Made by a program: the position numbers and the translations under genes
Notes under the pieces: generated by a model
What the model saw: only the letters and a program-made list of their open reading frames with translations
Databases searched by the model: none
What the model was told of the DNA's origin: nothing
Part shown: positions 1 through 14,468 of the stretch, piece by piece
How the letters are laid out: each line of letters begins with the position of its first letter
Numbering within the stretch: position 1 is the stretch's first letter
NCBI RefSeq assembly: GCF_032062105.1
Contig: NW_026940969.1
Span: forward strand, 62,001-125,262
Origin: Saccostrea cucullata
Lineage: Eukaryota
Direction: 5' to 3'
DNA: 63,262 nt

Positions 1-2078
1 TTAAAGAAGTATTTTTCTTGTAATGAGATTTTAAATTTACTTTCTAAATCTAAAATAATGTATATATTTTCAAATAATTTGGCAAAATTGCAGAAGGCAG
101 AGATCTTCGCAATCAGAGCGTTGTCTTTTGAAATAAAGGTGAACCTGTAATTTGAGGTCTTATTTTATGATTATAAATGATTATTGAAATGCGACTTTTA
201 TGTTTTCCTCATTTTAAGAAGAATACAGGTATTTGCATACATATTATTATTATTTATTAATTCATTTTAAATGAATGATTTTTTTTGTTTTGCTTTAGAC
301 AGTTTAACAAAGGAAAAAATCTTTACTGTTGTAGAAAAATTCTACCTTAATGGGTAACCACAAAATGCTTATTCTATCATTCCTTGCACAGCACGGGTCT
401 ATTCTGGTGATAAATACTGTGTGGTCACTAAGGCGTTGAATAGGCCTTTCAACTAAATTTTCAAGTTGCACATATGATAAAAAACATTGCATATATAGGT
501 TTATAGGTACATGAAAATATCAAAATAGATAATAACTTGTATATATTTTTAATTAAATCATTAAAAAATTTAATATTTCATAATTGACTTTTACGATGTT
601 GTGTTTTAAGGACAGGTAACTCAGGTGTGAAAAATGACCAACTAAGTGGCGATTTATGGGTTATCGTTTATAGGAATTACATATAGGCTGCTTCAGCATT
701 GGTATTGTTATGTACACAAAAGGGTTCCTTACATTGTTTTGTACACAAAAGTGTTGACCAAAAGAAGTAGAATGCCTTCACTCTACCTGAAATAACAGGG
801 TCGAATGAATGGAGAACAGACTATATTCAATATTTTTAACTCTCTTTGACGACTGCTATGAAGTAGAAAATATAATGTTATGTTTTTTGTGTTCGCGCTT
901 TTTCGCTTCCTATATATAAAAAAAACATATTTTTACAAGTAAATGCAACAATTGATTAGAGCAAATCGCAAAACCCCTAAAGGATTACATTGTTTGTGAC
1001 GAGCTGACGCTTTGCTTGTCGAGAACTTTAAATACTACGTCACATTTCGCCACATCAAAGGACGTAACCGAGATCGCGTCTCTCCCACACTAAAGTCGGT
1101 CAGCTGCAATACACATCGCCGACGTTTAACGGGTTTACAAAAGGGGACAGAAACACAAATCTTATTAAAGAGTTTGAAAAGAGCATTATTTATATTATAT
1201 GCATTTTTTAGAGTCCATAATAAATTAAAGCCGTGAAAATTTAATTTTATAGCATTTACCATTTGTGTATATTGCACGGTATACATGCGATATAAAATGA
1301 TGCACATGATCAATTTAATTTAATTGTTTCAAATCACTAGTACTGTTGATGTGAAATGATTTTTCTGTGGAAAAGAGAAATATTCCGTTTATGTATCAAA
1401 CCATGAACTTGAGACTTGAGAACTTAGTATACCCCAAACAGCCGTATAAAAGAACATTTCTGTCAAGAAGAGAAGTATGCCTATTCACAATTGTCAATAA
1501 TTATGTCAAAATACTAAATTAGAACGGGTGCATAGTTTTGCTTTAAAAAATACACACATGTATAATAGCTCTCTCTCTCTCTCTCTCTCTCTCTCCAGGA
1601 AACGTTTCAGTGGCTGAATATATGTATTTCAATCTATTGCTTCAGTGATGTTTAAAATATGATCAGGTATTTTCGTTTATTTATCACTCAGTCTCTGATT
1701 TTTTAATTATCAGTAAGTACACATTAAATCCATTCTGATTGCTCATATACGACATACATGCACTGCTGCCAGAATTTTTAAATACTGTGCATTATGTAGA
1801 AAAGTACTCAAAAGCACATTTTCGCAATCCTTTATAAAACTGAGATTTCTGTAAGAACATGTGAATACCCATAACAGGGAACCCATACTGAGCAGTACGT
1901 ACGCAAAGTTTTTTCAAACAGCAACACATCCTCCATATGGGGGGGGGGGTTAGAATGAAAAAAAAAAACAGGTGCGATTTCAGCAACTGTGGGACAACTT
2001 TATCGAATGCTAAGATAACTTTTAATAATTATGCGATTCAATAAATATATATTTATATTGTACTAACGCAGTGGAACT

Positions 2079-2546
2079 ACAAGAGGCCCATGGGCTACAT
2101 CGCTTACCTGAGCACCGTGGCTAAGAAAATAGCAGAAATCAGCTCAATATTGAAAGTTTAAATCCATTAAATCCATAAGTGGTCCCAATCTACCTTTAAA
2201 GGGGATGGGAGTATATGTGAACAAACTTGAATCTACACTTCTTGAAATTTTCTCCCATAAGTTTCAACATTCTTGGCACTGTGTTTCTTGAGATGATTTT
2301 TAAAACATGTCATCAATTGCAAATTTTCATATTTTCTGAATTACCTCCTCTAAGACGTCGCCCTTCATTTGAATAGACTTGAATAGCGTTTACCAAAAAA
2401 TGCCTTGTGGCAAGTTTGGTTAACATTGGTCCAGTGGTTCTAGAGAAGAACTCGAAAATGTGAAAAGTTTAAAGACTGATAAACAGACGTCGGGCAAAAT
2501 GTGATCAGAAAAGGTCACTTGAGCTTTCAGTACAGGTGAAATAATA
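2079..2546 (-). mobile_element. HINE (non-autonomous Helentron-like) element, short decayed copy
   Basis: Ends (AAGAGGCCCATGGGCTACATCGCTTACCTGAG; GATCAGAAAAGGTCACTTGAGCTTTCAG.ACAGGTGA) are reverse complements of the ends of the element at 48808-50494. Confidence 0.8.
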
Positions 2547-2956
2547 AAGACCAATTGACATTATTTTTGTTGTGTTACATACAGCACAGACAAGTAATTG
2601 GCGACAAAAGTGTAAGGGGGAGGGGGTATGCTCTCGTTTAAATCCGATTCGTTTTTCCCTTCAAATACGTTAGATCTGACGGGCACATAACATAAGGGCC
2701 AGCCCTCGATCCACCCTACCATTTTTTCGTTTCAAACATATTGTTCGAAAGGTTCATTGAAAGGCTTTACGTTTTAATTAAGATACTTTACAACCGCTTA
2801 AGTAAACAGTTTCATGTTATTTTAGTACATGTATATACTAAAAATATCAATTCGTGAAAATTATTGTGCATTTATTTTTAATTTTTTTCGAGAACAGTCT
2901 ATTTATTTTTCAAAATCTGCCAGGTCCATCTCTAGGAATTAGATTTAGGCTTTTGA

Positions 2957-3063
2957 CATAGGCGTCGAAACCGGGCGAGCGGTGCTTCTCAGGTTTTTTT
3001 GGGAGGTCTAAAAAAAAATTTCTTAACCTTAGCCCCCACTTTAATTTGCTTCCGACGCCCATG
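2957..3063. mobile_element. Small hAT-like MITE
   Basis: TIR CATAGGCGTCG...CGACGCCCATG. Related ends at ~46921, ~53960 and ~55971. Confidence 0.6.
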
Positions 3064-5199
3064 ATAATTAAATATTTTCCGTCGTTTGGTATTAATTACC
3101 TTGTACATACAACATTCGTTAAAAATTAAAAATAAATTGAACTTCAATCGTTAAAATTTGAAGGTAAATGGACATGTCTTCCCAGGCCTTCCCTCTTTAT
3201 CTTTTCTCTCGAATATACGCATAAAGAGGGAATCCATTTTTCACCTGTATATTTTGTACCAAATTGCAACAATCTCAGCATGCATGACTTGGGTTGATAC
3301 GCGTAACTAATAAATCTAATGATCAATGAATCATGCACTACTCGACTTTTATACTTGTTCGCAAATATGAAAAAAAAGTAAATTTTGCGATAATAGAATA
3401 AAATATTCGTAATGGACTGAAAATTTTTTTTACATTTTTAAATTCAAGATTAAAAAAAACTTTAAACTTTGCAGGTAACATTCAAGAAAACGACATCGGG
3501 ACTGTCTACTCCATTTTTTTGAACCCCGAAAACAAGCTGTATGTTGCAGCTGACCGACTTTAGCGTGGGAGAGACGCGATCTCGGTTACGTCCTTTGATG
3601 TGGCGAGAATGTGACGTAGTATTTAAAGTTCTCGACAAGCAAAGCGTCAGCTCGTCACAAACAATGTAATCCTTTAGGGGTTTTGCGATTTGCTATATCT
3701 TATTAGTGTTACTAAGCACGAAGGGGAACGACCGAGTATTAAAATTTAATCAGGTTAGAACTAAGAAGGAGCTAGGATAGACTTCACTTTTTATTTTAAT
3801 TAAAAATTTTAAATATATGTTGTTAAACGGTGTCCGCAAATACACAGTAAACAAGTTTAGCATTTGAGCTAAATTTTATAACCACTGGATTCTACTGACA
3901 GCAAAGAAACACTTAGGAAATGCTAAAAATCTGACTTGCATGTAAACAGTTAGATACCTCGGGCCTGCTTTAAACAAGTTTTAGCAGTGAGTTGTCGTTC
4001 ATAAAAGCAAACCCTAGCGGCAATTGAAAGGCCTACGTTGAAGATTAAAAAAAAGCACATTTTCCTTGTTTAAAGAATTCATCAATATTTAATAACATTA
4101 TTTCTTTTTCTAAAACTGCATTCAAAACAAAACAAAAAGAAGAATTATCAAGTGTGAGAATTTATAAAAAAAATCATTTTTTACTATTACAGTTACTTAT
4201 TCGTTTATAACTATCAAAGTCATGGTCTTTGTTAAAGATAGTTTGAAAGGTGTGTAAAATTTCTCGCTCTTGATGCATGCTGGTTATAAATGTTGCTCTC
4301 TTGAGTGTCTTCCTATGTTGGTAATGCTTATAATAATATCGCCTGACCATCTTCTCTCTGCAAAATTTGACCGATTACATACATGTCATAGTATTGTCCA
4401 CAAGTAAAACATCATTGTGTTGTTCCGTAGAGAAAAACTGTATTGAACGATTGCAACAAAAGAGGATTTTTAAAAGACAATCTATCATGTAGCGAAATTA
4501 ATGTAGCTATTTCCGAAATGTCTGCAAGAGACAGCACATTAAATGACTTCAACAACTGTTGCTTTTTCCATCATTTATCTCCAACATTACATAATAATTT
4601 GACGAGGAATACCAAAGATCTGTTTTTACCTCAGATAGTTCTGAGTAACATAATATGAAGTTTTGGGCAAATATTTCTTAAACTTACATCGTAGTCATGG
4701 TTAACGTCGATTTAATTATGACCAGGAAGCTTTGGTGGGGGGACTTCATTATATTTTCTTAAGCAAGATATTAATCGATAAAATCGGCATACTTGGCTAG
4801 ATCGTAAAGATAAAATCATCGGTAACCACAGAACTACTAAGTGCAAACTTGTACTTAGTTGTACTAATGATCGACTTCTATGACTTTGAATGCACTTTTG
4901 CGAAGAATAATACTCCATTGATTCGATAACATGGTAAATTACATGAATATGCAATAAAACAAATATTGATATACAATAATAACACTGAGACTGAAGATTT
5001 CATTCATTTGTTTATTTATTAATTATACATTTCGAATAAATATAGCAAAGATGTAAAAAGTGATTGAAATTGGAAAAAAAGAAATAAATACAAATATGTA
5101 TTAACACGTAAAGTATTGTTGGCATATGATGTAAAGTTTTCTATAGTGGAGAGGGAGAGATATGCACGTGCATACCCTTAAACTCACTTGCGTGCATGA

Positions 5200-7060
5200 T
5201 AGGAATGTGTTCGGCTGATGTTAGTTTCTTCAAGTCAACAATATGTAGGATTTCTATGGGTGCAAATTGCGCTTCATGATACGCAAACCCTTATTTGTAT
5301 TCATTTGAAGCAGCATAATTTATTTTTTTAAACTTCTACATAAAAAGAAACCCCTTGCTCTGATCTTTAATTGAATGTTTATATACATCTATGAAGTTTT
5401 ATCGAATATTAACAATATTCATTTTCATTCTTACGTTCATTTGAAACATGTATATCATTAAATATATGTGGATAACAAACACTTTTCAAGCTCAATAGTC
5501 CATAAAATAATACAAAATAGAAGCGGAGCAAACACGGACCTCCAAAACATCAGAGGTGGGATCAGGTGCCATGGAAGAGTGAGCACCACCTGTCGACCGG
5601 TCACATCCGCCGTGTGCTCCTTGTTGTCATAATCGGGAAATACCGGAAAAATCCGTCGTCAATGCATAGTGTAAATAATGGCCTAACAATTGGTATGAAA
5701 AACGTCAGTCAGCATTTTGACTCAATGATAAATTGTATTTGCTGACGAGGTCATTGTATCGACCAAAGAACTTACGAAAGGATGACTCCAAACGAGACGG
5801 CTGATATTCTTGTTTCAGCAACTTGTGAGTCAATAACTTAACCCGTTTTGAAAACTTTAAAATTTAACATACATAGAGCATGCTCTTGCGTATCGAATCA
5901 ACTGAGAGATATAAACCCGGTATGCAGGTGATGAAGGTATATTGCTGCCTAATTAGAGAAGTTGAGTTTGAAAAGTTAGTCATCACGTTTATCATTTAGA
6001 GGGCTTTTAGATTACGATCAAAGTCTTTATCATTTTAAATATCCAAAAATGAAAATAAGATGTGTCAGAGTCTGTGGTATCTTTTATCTCAAGCTCATCG
6101 GGCTATATCGTATCGACATAAGAATGGAAATAACCACTGTTAATTGATTATAAGTCGTCGATATATCTAAATGTCAAGTTGAAGGCCACAGCATGTGAAA
6201 TCAAATTATAAGACACCACAGAATCTATATAATATATTTGTTTCATATTTAGCTATAATACTAGAAATCAACTTAAATCGGAGCAAAACTTTATGATTAA
6301 CGTGATGACTTCAAATGTTCCATTGTGGACTTCCCTAATCTATGTATCAATATTTACATTTCCAATGTCTTTGTCCGAGATAAAATTACAAATTGTAAAT
6401 GTACTTTATTTCCCCATCAATGTATTGGCGCGGTTCCAAGAAAACCACGTGCAGGGCGGAACAAACAGCTCGACAGACGCAGGGCTTGGAGCAAGTGGAT
6501 TGGCGGAATCAAAGCATGTAAATATAAGGAATAACTGTCAGATTTTTCAATTTCATGACGATGATCAATCGATTGGCTTGCGTGATAATTTTATGAAAAC
6601 GTTCGGCGTTTATGCAAATTAAACATACAATTGATTCATGAAAAAAAAAGGATATCAATTCAACGACAGGCGCGGTTAAGAAAAATCATTTAAGATGCTG
6701 GGCTTAAAATTTGGCAGAATCAAGAGCATGTAAATATTATGAATAACTGTCAGATTTTTCAATTTTATGACGATGATCAATCGATTGATCACAACATGAA
6801 ATCGAAAAATAAGACAGTTATTCCTTAAATAAACCATTGTCACCTGCATATCATGGAGTTTTTGTCTAACAGTTTATTCGTTACGATACGCAAAAGCATG
6901 TTCTATGTACGAACAATTTCTCAACGAAGAAAACTATTCCCTAAACATACAAGTTCATGGAAAAAAAGGATATCAACAGTCTTATTAAAAGTCAATATTT
7001 CCAAAATTCGATAATCGATACTATGGCTTTGTCAGCAATTCGGCTTGTTATTAAGTTGCC
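5200..7060 (+). mobile_element. Decayed Penelope-like retroelement RT remnants, with an inverted fragment at ~5500-6000
   Basis: Frame-broken remnants resemble GIPMGTNCAP..LYSFEA (~5245-5310), EIKDTT/KLYDKRDDFNF.IV.FP (~6195-6340) and SPAYGV..SQLIRYARACS (~6838-6905). An antisense copy of the last motif lies at ~5878-5935 and another at ~42700-42830. Confidence 0.65.
6352..6830. mobile_element. Dispersed hairpin-type repeat with TAAGGAAT...ATTCCTTA arms (possibly Crypton-like)
   Basis: Interrupts the Penelope remnant. TAAGGAATAACTGTC (~6525) is inverted to GACAGTTATTCCTTA (~6813-6827). A second direct copy of 6352-6583 lies at ~37222-37469. Confidence 0.65.
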
Positions 7061-7830
7061 TGGATTTTTAAAAAAATAAATTTTGTTAGCCCACACTGAA
7101 ATAATTGTCTACGAATTTTTCCTGTTTGCCTGATTATAATGTCAAGGAGCACAGGCTGCTCCTTCATTTCAAGTTCCACCTCTGGTGTTTTAGACGCGTC
7201 CGTGTTTGCCCTGCTCCCAATTTGTACTGTTTGACTGGACTGTTGAGCATGATGGATGCTCGCAGTCTTCATATATTATTTATTGTTGACAAATAAAATA
7301 CTAAACATATCATTTGATTATGAGATTTATAGAGTTTAAGTTGTTTTTCACTATTTTTTCTTCCAATGTACAAGCTTCCTTGGAAAAACGTGATTATCAA
7401 TCATTCTTCTCCGATTCTTGTACGCAAATTGAATTTGATTGAAATAAAGTAGCTCAACAATACATCATTTCAACGTTTTGTTTTGTTTTTTTAGTTTTTC
7501 TTTAAGTCAAAGACTACAAGTTTTGTCAAAGGCAACGACGAATGAATTTCAGAAGCATTCAGTATAGTTGATTCAATAAAATTTAACATTTATTCATCGC
7601 AGAAATGCTTAATTTTTAAAATTAAGATTTCAAATAACTTGTAAATTCAAAATTCGACGTAAGAAGAGTGAGCTGAAATTACTGGTATACGTAGCCTACA
7701 AAGTGATTTCTTTATCATTATGATGGTTCCTTTCTAGGAATAAGTATATAGGGTAATTGAACACATCTGGAATACCACACACTCAAAAAACCGTTACCTT
7801 CAGCAACCCTTGATTTCAAATTGATTTGAT

Positions 7831-8000
7831 CAGTGAGGGATCTTTTTCGTGCCAGCGCCTACTGCGACACGGGACCTCGTTTTAAACGGTCTCATACGAA
7901 GGACCGGTCTCCACGTCCTATCGTGGGATAAGTAACTACGACGTAAAAGTCAACTCCTTACTCTATTTAGCAAATGTTTTATCCACTTTTCCACGATGGC
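7831..8000 (-). mobile_element. Decayed tRNA-derived bivalve SINE fragment (Meta-SINE-like)
   Basis: CAGTGAGGGATCTTTTTCGTGCCAGCGCCTACTGCGACACGGGACCTCG resembles the antisense central domain of common oyster SINEs (recognised from memory, not searched). Confidence 0.55.
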
Positions 8001-9785
8001 GACTCCTAGGATTTCTGAAAATCATGCGGAAGACAAGTTGAAAGGTGAGAAAGATGTTCTTCGTGGATTCCAGCATCAATTAACCACATTATACTTTTTT
8101 TGTTTAAAAGGAATAAATTTTAATATACTCTGCCTTCTTTACCTAATCTGAAACTAATGCATGATAATGTACTCGTTTTCAATCCCACGAAAACAAAGAA
8201 ACACAGATTCTCCTATAGGCAACTGTCACTCAGGAGGTCAATTACATACATGTCGTCTTCCTAGCCTGTGTTTTGTCGTCCTTTGAAATTTTGAAACTTT
8301 AACCGGGAAAATTTCTCTCCCAAGTGAAGAATAAAATAATAATGATCTCGAATAGAAATGGAAGAAAATATGAAGACGAAGAAACTCATCAAAATTTTTC
8401 ATAACCGTATTATGACACAACAGAAGTCTTGTCTCATGATCCCTTGCACTGGGATCGGAGGACGTACAAGACTAGATCAAACAAATGTTAGAATTTAGAA
8501 TATGTAGGTAGACAATGTAATCTTCATTTACAAAGTACTTACAATATGGCGTTTCTAGCTTGCTGAACAAGTTGAGATGAATGTTTACAAGAGGAGCTAA
8601 TGAACAGATACTGGAATTGGTCTCTCTACAATATCTCATCGTGAGAATAAAGTTGTCTCTCTTTTTATGGAGGATGTAAAAACATCTCAATGTTTTATAC
8701 GACTAAATGTTTGAGCACAGAATTTATTTTGTTAAATATTTAATTTTTTCTTAAATCTGAGTAAGGACAACCCACAGGAAGCACATATTTCAACTGCTAT
8801 TTTAAAGAGAGATGAAAATGTTTTTTCCGACGACCAAAATTGTTCTACATACACATAGAAACAAACTTATGAATCTAACTAAATAACATCATCCAGGGCT
8901 GCCTGTCACTCAATTTTCCTGTGTTTTCCTTGAAAACTTTAAAACTTTTTCTCCATGCACTATACCGGTATGAGGCACAGGTGTAAAAAAAAAGTTTTGA
9001 AAATGAATTTACGAACAAACATAATTCATGTAATTATGTATTCAAGAGTTTACAGATAGTTGACGATGATTGTTGCATTTCAGTGTTTGAAATTTGACAA
9101 AGCAATATTTACAGATAATAAAAGTTTTGTGTTTCACTTATCTCCCAAATAAGGAAACATGTAATTTTGGCCGTGGTGTAGGTACATTGTTTTTTTAAAT
9201 GTATTTCAACTGAAAAGTCAAGCAATATTCAACTTAAAGTCGAATGTACTAGTATTTACAGATAATAAAAGTTTTTTGTATCGACTTCGGAATGATGAAC
9301 ATGTAAATTAGGTATTTTTTTTTTACCTTCTAGAATAAATATTTCAACTTAAATTTCAAGGTATTTGTGATCAAAATGAATGCATGAAAATGCTGTTTTT
9401 CAATAATTTGTTTCGATGGAAAAATACGTTAAACATGTAATTGTTTTCCCAAATATTATCAAACAATTTCAACACCTTTTCTCACTTTTTGACATGGTCA
9501 GTAACAATTTTGTACATTCTTGTATTTGTAAGTTTTCTAATGCAGAACATGTTAATAAATATTTTTTAATCTTATGTAATATCATAGTAACCTCGACACA
9601 TATAGCAAAATGTTTACAAGATAAAATTGTTGACGAGAGATGAATTTAAATGTTGTTTTATAAAATTCTCCCTCCTCCGCCCTGACAGCTGATTTCTTTT
9701 CATGATACACCATCAGATCAAACAAAACAGTATATTGAACAAAATGGTGGTTTCAGCATACTCATTACCATCGGTAGTTATCAGA

Positions 9786-9885
9786 TAGCTGTAATAATGT
9801 AGCCCTCTCCGATTTTTTTAAAACCTGAAATTTTATAGAGAAAAAAAAGGGGAAAAAAAGGGAGAGGGCTACATTATTGCAGCTA
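9786..9885. mobile_element. TAG...CTA MITE (AcademH-like)
   Basis: 25-bp TIR TAGCTGTAATAATGTAGCCCTCTCC / GGAGAGGGCTACATTATTGCAGCTA. Possible interrupted 9-bp TSD GTTATCAGA. Confidence 0.7.
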
Positions 9886-10699
9886 GTTTAAATATCAGAA
9901 TGACCGGAAGTTAAAGAAAAACGGTACAATTGATTTTTAAATAATTAATCAATTCACACTTCATTCAAAAGACCTGTACAGACACTGGTTGTATGGCACG
10001 GGCAATTGAGTAGAAATCGGTATAGAATACAAACATGCTATTGGCCTGTTAATACTAAAACACCGAATTTGTGTGAAACGGGGATATAGTCACAATAAAA
10101 GGTTTTAAACAAAACTAGAATCATATACCGGTATAAATAATGATTGTCTTTCGAGATTTTTTCCCTCTACATTTATAAATTTGCAATAAGAGTTAATCTA
10201 GTTATATATGTACTGACTGCTTACGTGTATAGAACATTTCCCAATTCATCATTCTTATTTTTGAATATCTTTAATATGTTTAATATTAAAGATACCAAGA
10301 AACAATTTTATTTACAGTATTTTACAGTTTTATTTACAAGTCTAAATGGAATAGGTTAAGTAAATTCCCATCGGTGCGTTTCGGCTAAAACGTTGTACAT
10401 AGGTAGGCACATTTCTTTAGTTTATTTTGTTGATATAAAAAAATCATAATTTTATTTGGCAAATTGATCAAACAAGAATGTTCAGTATGATCAGTTAGAA
10501 TAAATACTTGCAGTTTGATTTATATCTATTCATTTATTGTTTGGCGATAATTAACATTCACATATCAAAAACACTATAACTTTAGAATTTTATTTTCGTA
10601 TATAAAGTCTCAAAAGCAAATTTTAATATTCGATCCTAAAAATTAACATAACCTAGCACATCCCTGCCCCTGAACTGTATGTGCGTGTTTGTGTGTATG

Positions 10700-11460
10700 T
10701 CAGTGAGAGTGTGTGCGAGAAAAAGAAAGATTGCCAAACGTTTGAGAGAGAGGGAGTGGGTGGAGAGAGAGATTTTTTTAAAGAGTGGGAGAGAGAGTGG
10801 GTATTAATGTGGGAGAGAGAGATGGGAAGAGAGAGAGAGAGTGGATAGTGAGAGAAGATAGGGGAGAGAGAGTGTGGGGAGAGAGTGTTGGGAGAGAGAG
10901 TGTGTGAGTGGGGAGAGAGAGTGTGAGGTTAGGAGAGAGTGTGAGTGGGGAGAGTGTATGTGTGAGTGGAGAGTGAGTATGAGGTAGGGAGAGAGAGAAA
11001 GTGAGGAAAGAGTGGGGAGAGAGAGAGTGTGAGTGGGTAGAGACAAGTGTGAGGGGAGAGAGTGTGAGTGGAAAGTGAGTGGGTAGAGACAAGTGTGAGT
11101 GGAGAGAGAGAGAGTAGGGAGAGAGAGTGGGGAGAGACAAGTGTGAGTGGGGAGAGAGAGTGTGAGTGGGGAGAGTGTGAGTGGGGAAAGAGTTTAAAGA
11201 GAGTGAGTGGGTGAGAGAGTGAGTGACTGAGGGAAAGAGAGTTTGGTGGATAGAGAGAGTTGAGAGAGAGAAAGCGAGATTTTTTGCATTTTTTAACGAT
11301 AAGAATTATTAATTTAATTTATAATTTATAAATCAAACTCTCTGTCCATTTTCTCATCTCTCTCCCTTACTGTCTCTATCCCTCCCTCCTCTTCCCCTAA
11401 TCTTTTACTCCCTCTTTCCTTTCTCCCCTACTCTCTTTCCAAATCTCTCTTTTTTATCCC
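10700..11460. repeat. GA/GT-rich compound low-complexity tract followed by a CT-rich tract
   Basis: Degenerate GAGAGAGTGTGAGTGGG units at ~10740-11280; pyrimidine-rich at 11337-11460. Confidence 0.9.
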
Positions 11461-14400
11461 CTAACGTAAGTATTTGCTATTATATGTAGTTCTATAACTT
11501 TCTGTAGAATTACTGAACTGAATAAATTATACAAACAGTTGTAGCTTAAAGAAAATATCAATGTGTTAACCTGATTCACAGTGAATAAAAATGTTTTTTA
11601 GGTAGACAAAATAGCTAAAAGAAAAGTTGGGATTTTCAGGCTTTAAATGAAGTCAAGAAAATTAGACTTCTGCACTAGTACACTGGGAGGTTCGTTTCGT
11701 AGATCGTTGTATTTGGGTTATCTCTCTTGTTCCGGAGGATGAAAATATCACCTTTTTTCCTTCACATCTGTTGCATTTTTTTCTATTCATGAAATGTCAA
11801 GTTTTTTTTTTTTAAATTAAAAAAAAAATCTTCTTAATGTTTGAATGTAGCGTTTCGTTGTGATTAAAATACAAACCTGATAAAGGACTATACCAATCTA
11901 CATAAAGGATTATAAACTCTCCTCTTCATTCCTTTGGCTGTTCTTTCTGCGTTCGGCCAATACATACTTGAAACGCATTGGTTAAGCCGAAGTAACCATA
12001 AAAATACGACACAACGTTTTATTTTTCTGTTCGTTGCTTTTTAATGCTCGATCCAAAGTGAAACAATTTTTTTTTTTGGACAAAAACATTCATGAATTCA
12101 CGTAGAAGCAAGGAATAACATACCGGTACGCCATTTCATTCAAAAGTTACGCAGAAAATTATGTAAGGACCTGTCAGATGTCTATAATTTAACTTGTGTA
12201 CTGTGTAATAGCTATTCATTTATTAATGATATTCCACGTGTGTCAAAATTTTTTAACAATAGATTTTGTATTTATTTTTACATGTCATGAATTAATTACC
12301 TTTCATCTTAAATCTGCATGTATTTCTTGAGTTAACTGTCATTATCTTAGCAGTTCTACATGTGTGGATAAGCTGTAATACTTTGAATTATCCGCTGCCA
12401 TGCCACTTGTTTACATTCTGTCTGCCATCTTTATATCGGCGCATGCTATGCACATAGTTTCGTATTTTACCAAACTTGTTATTTATGCTATGTCACAGGC
12501 ATAATTACTTGCTATTTATTATGTTAATTAATATTGTGGGTTAAAGACTATTCATGTGTTATTATTCCTGATTACATGTGACATCTTAACTATATTTTTA
12601 TCCAATATAGTCTGCAACTCAGCAAGATTTTCATGTGAAATTTACTAGTTTCAGAGATAAATTGTTTACTTACTTATTATAGACACATCTCTTGTTATCC
12701 ATATTTATTGATCATTTTGTCTTTTCACATTTTAATTCCGTTTTGTAGTTATTATATTCATTGTACGGCAGCCTTGTTTGGCACTGAAAATATCTCTTTT
12801 TTTCCTTCACCGTTACATTTTTGCCGTGATTGGTGGAACGTCGCCGTACAGCATTTTTATTGGTTGAATCTAAAAAAAACCCTTTTCCGAAGGTTATATA
12901 TATGGGCCGATTTCATTTTGTAAAAGATATTTGCAAAGTTGTCAGGCGCGTACATTTCAAAGAGATAAATAAACTCTCCATATTTTCACCATAGCCTTAT
13001 ATAGCATTACCATTCTGATTTCAGGTGGGAAAAATACATTATCTCCCAACACACTGGACACCTATTTAATTGAAATTAACTGTGGGGATCATCCATAAAA
13101 ATTGTACACCCCACAACTTTTTTATAATTTTCGGTTCGCCACTAAGATTTATTATTGTACCTTTTTGAAATGAAACTGATTTATTTTTATTGTTGAGACA
13201 AAGAACTTATGTTTTCCTATAACCAAGGAACAAGAACATACCGGTACACCATTTTATTCAAAAGTTACGCAGAAAATTATAATTGACCACTTGAATGTTT
13301 TGAGAAATGCAACACCCCCCCCCCCCCAAATAAAAATAGGTCATATAATTTTTTTTAATTGATTTATTTTGTTTGTTTTCTTTTTTCCTTGTAGATATAA
13401 AGAAATATAATATTTATATATATAGGATAGGATCGTACATTTAAGTAACTGTGGTTTGCGACGAGGGATTAAAATTAGCTGAATACTCATATGTAAAATA
13501 TTCATTATATAGTCATTGGCACAAATGGTACTTAGCATCCTAAGTAAAATAAAATCTGTATTCAAACAGCATGGCTTAAACTTATGCGCTATCTAAATGA
13601 TATTAAGTTTTATAAAATTGTGAGGATTTAAAATAGATACAAAGGACTCCCACTATTCCGCGAGGTAGATATATCAGACGAATTGCTTTTAACCCATAAG
13701 CATTTTATTAATGTTAAACCCCTTGAGTGACGAGAGGTGGCTTTTTATGATATTTTCCCAGGTCACTGTGTGCATCAATTAACAATTGAAAAAAGTCTAA
13801 TAGGCATGTTTAAGGACATCGATCTGCTTTTTGATAACGACACACTCTAAAGTGCTAGTTCTTCCCTTAAAATGATATATCTGAAAGTTGAAAAGAGGGT
13901 TTAAATCACATGGTTTGAAACGCGCATGTTTCACCGCGGAGGTAACACTCAGCGAGGCTATTTCCTGCATGGTAGCTGAAGACAGGGACAGTGCATTTTA
14001 TTTGTGGGACTGAAAATACATCACAAAACAATAGACTGGTCTAAGTTTAGACCACTTGAAACAGATAGGAATTTTCCCCCTTGTGAACTTAAAGAATCTT
14101 GAGACAACTCGCGGATTAGAGTTAGTATATCATTAAAAGGGACGATCCAAAAATCGGATTAGATTGTTTTTCCGGCGATTCTTTGAACAATGCTAAATTT
14201 CTTGTCTCTGTTTTGTGTCCAAAAACGATTTTTGTCGAAGCTTGATCCAAGAGGATGGTTATGAAAGGTTTTAAGAATTAACCGTGTGGCATCTAAAGGT
14301 TTATATTTGGGACAGTAACTCGGATCAACAAAAATGCAGCACGCAGGGCCCAGCTGACGATCTGTCAACAACTGAACGACGTGATTTAATCAAAACATTT

Positions 14401-14468
14401 TGCACTCTTATCAGGACCAAACTTGGACAAACTCTTTGTAATTTGGTTTCAATAAGTGACCATTTTCC

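Larger units (their letters stand above)
960..3694. mobile_element. Non-autonomous DNA transposon with ~150-bp terminal inverted repeats
   Basis: 960-1110 (AGCAAATCGCAAAACCCCTAAAGGATTAC...GTCAGCTGCAA) is the near-exact reverse complement of 3543-3694. No transposase ORF and no clear TSD. Confidence 0.85.

Noticed and set aside
4200-4960. Possible decayed coding sequence (also ~8240-8700)
   Set aside because: No motif could be recognised with confidence; needs a translated search.
5742-5790. Hammerhead-like CTGACGA plus stem GGTC/GACC
   Set aside because: No GAAA directly after the stem, and it lies in antisense RT-derived sequence.
10778-11140. Ser/Leu/Pro/His/Thr-rich ORFs
   Set aside because: Translations of the GA/GT low-complexity tract.
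12107-13280. ~55-bp direct repeat (CATACCGGTAC.CCATTT.ATTCAAAAGTTACGCAGAAAATTAT) as an LTR pair
   Set aside because: Too short, with no TG..CA ends, PBS or TSD.
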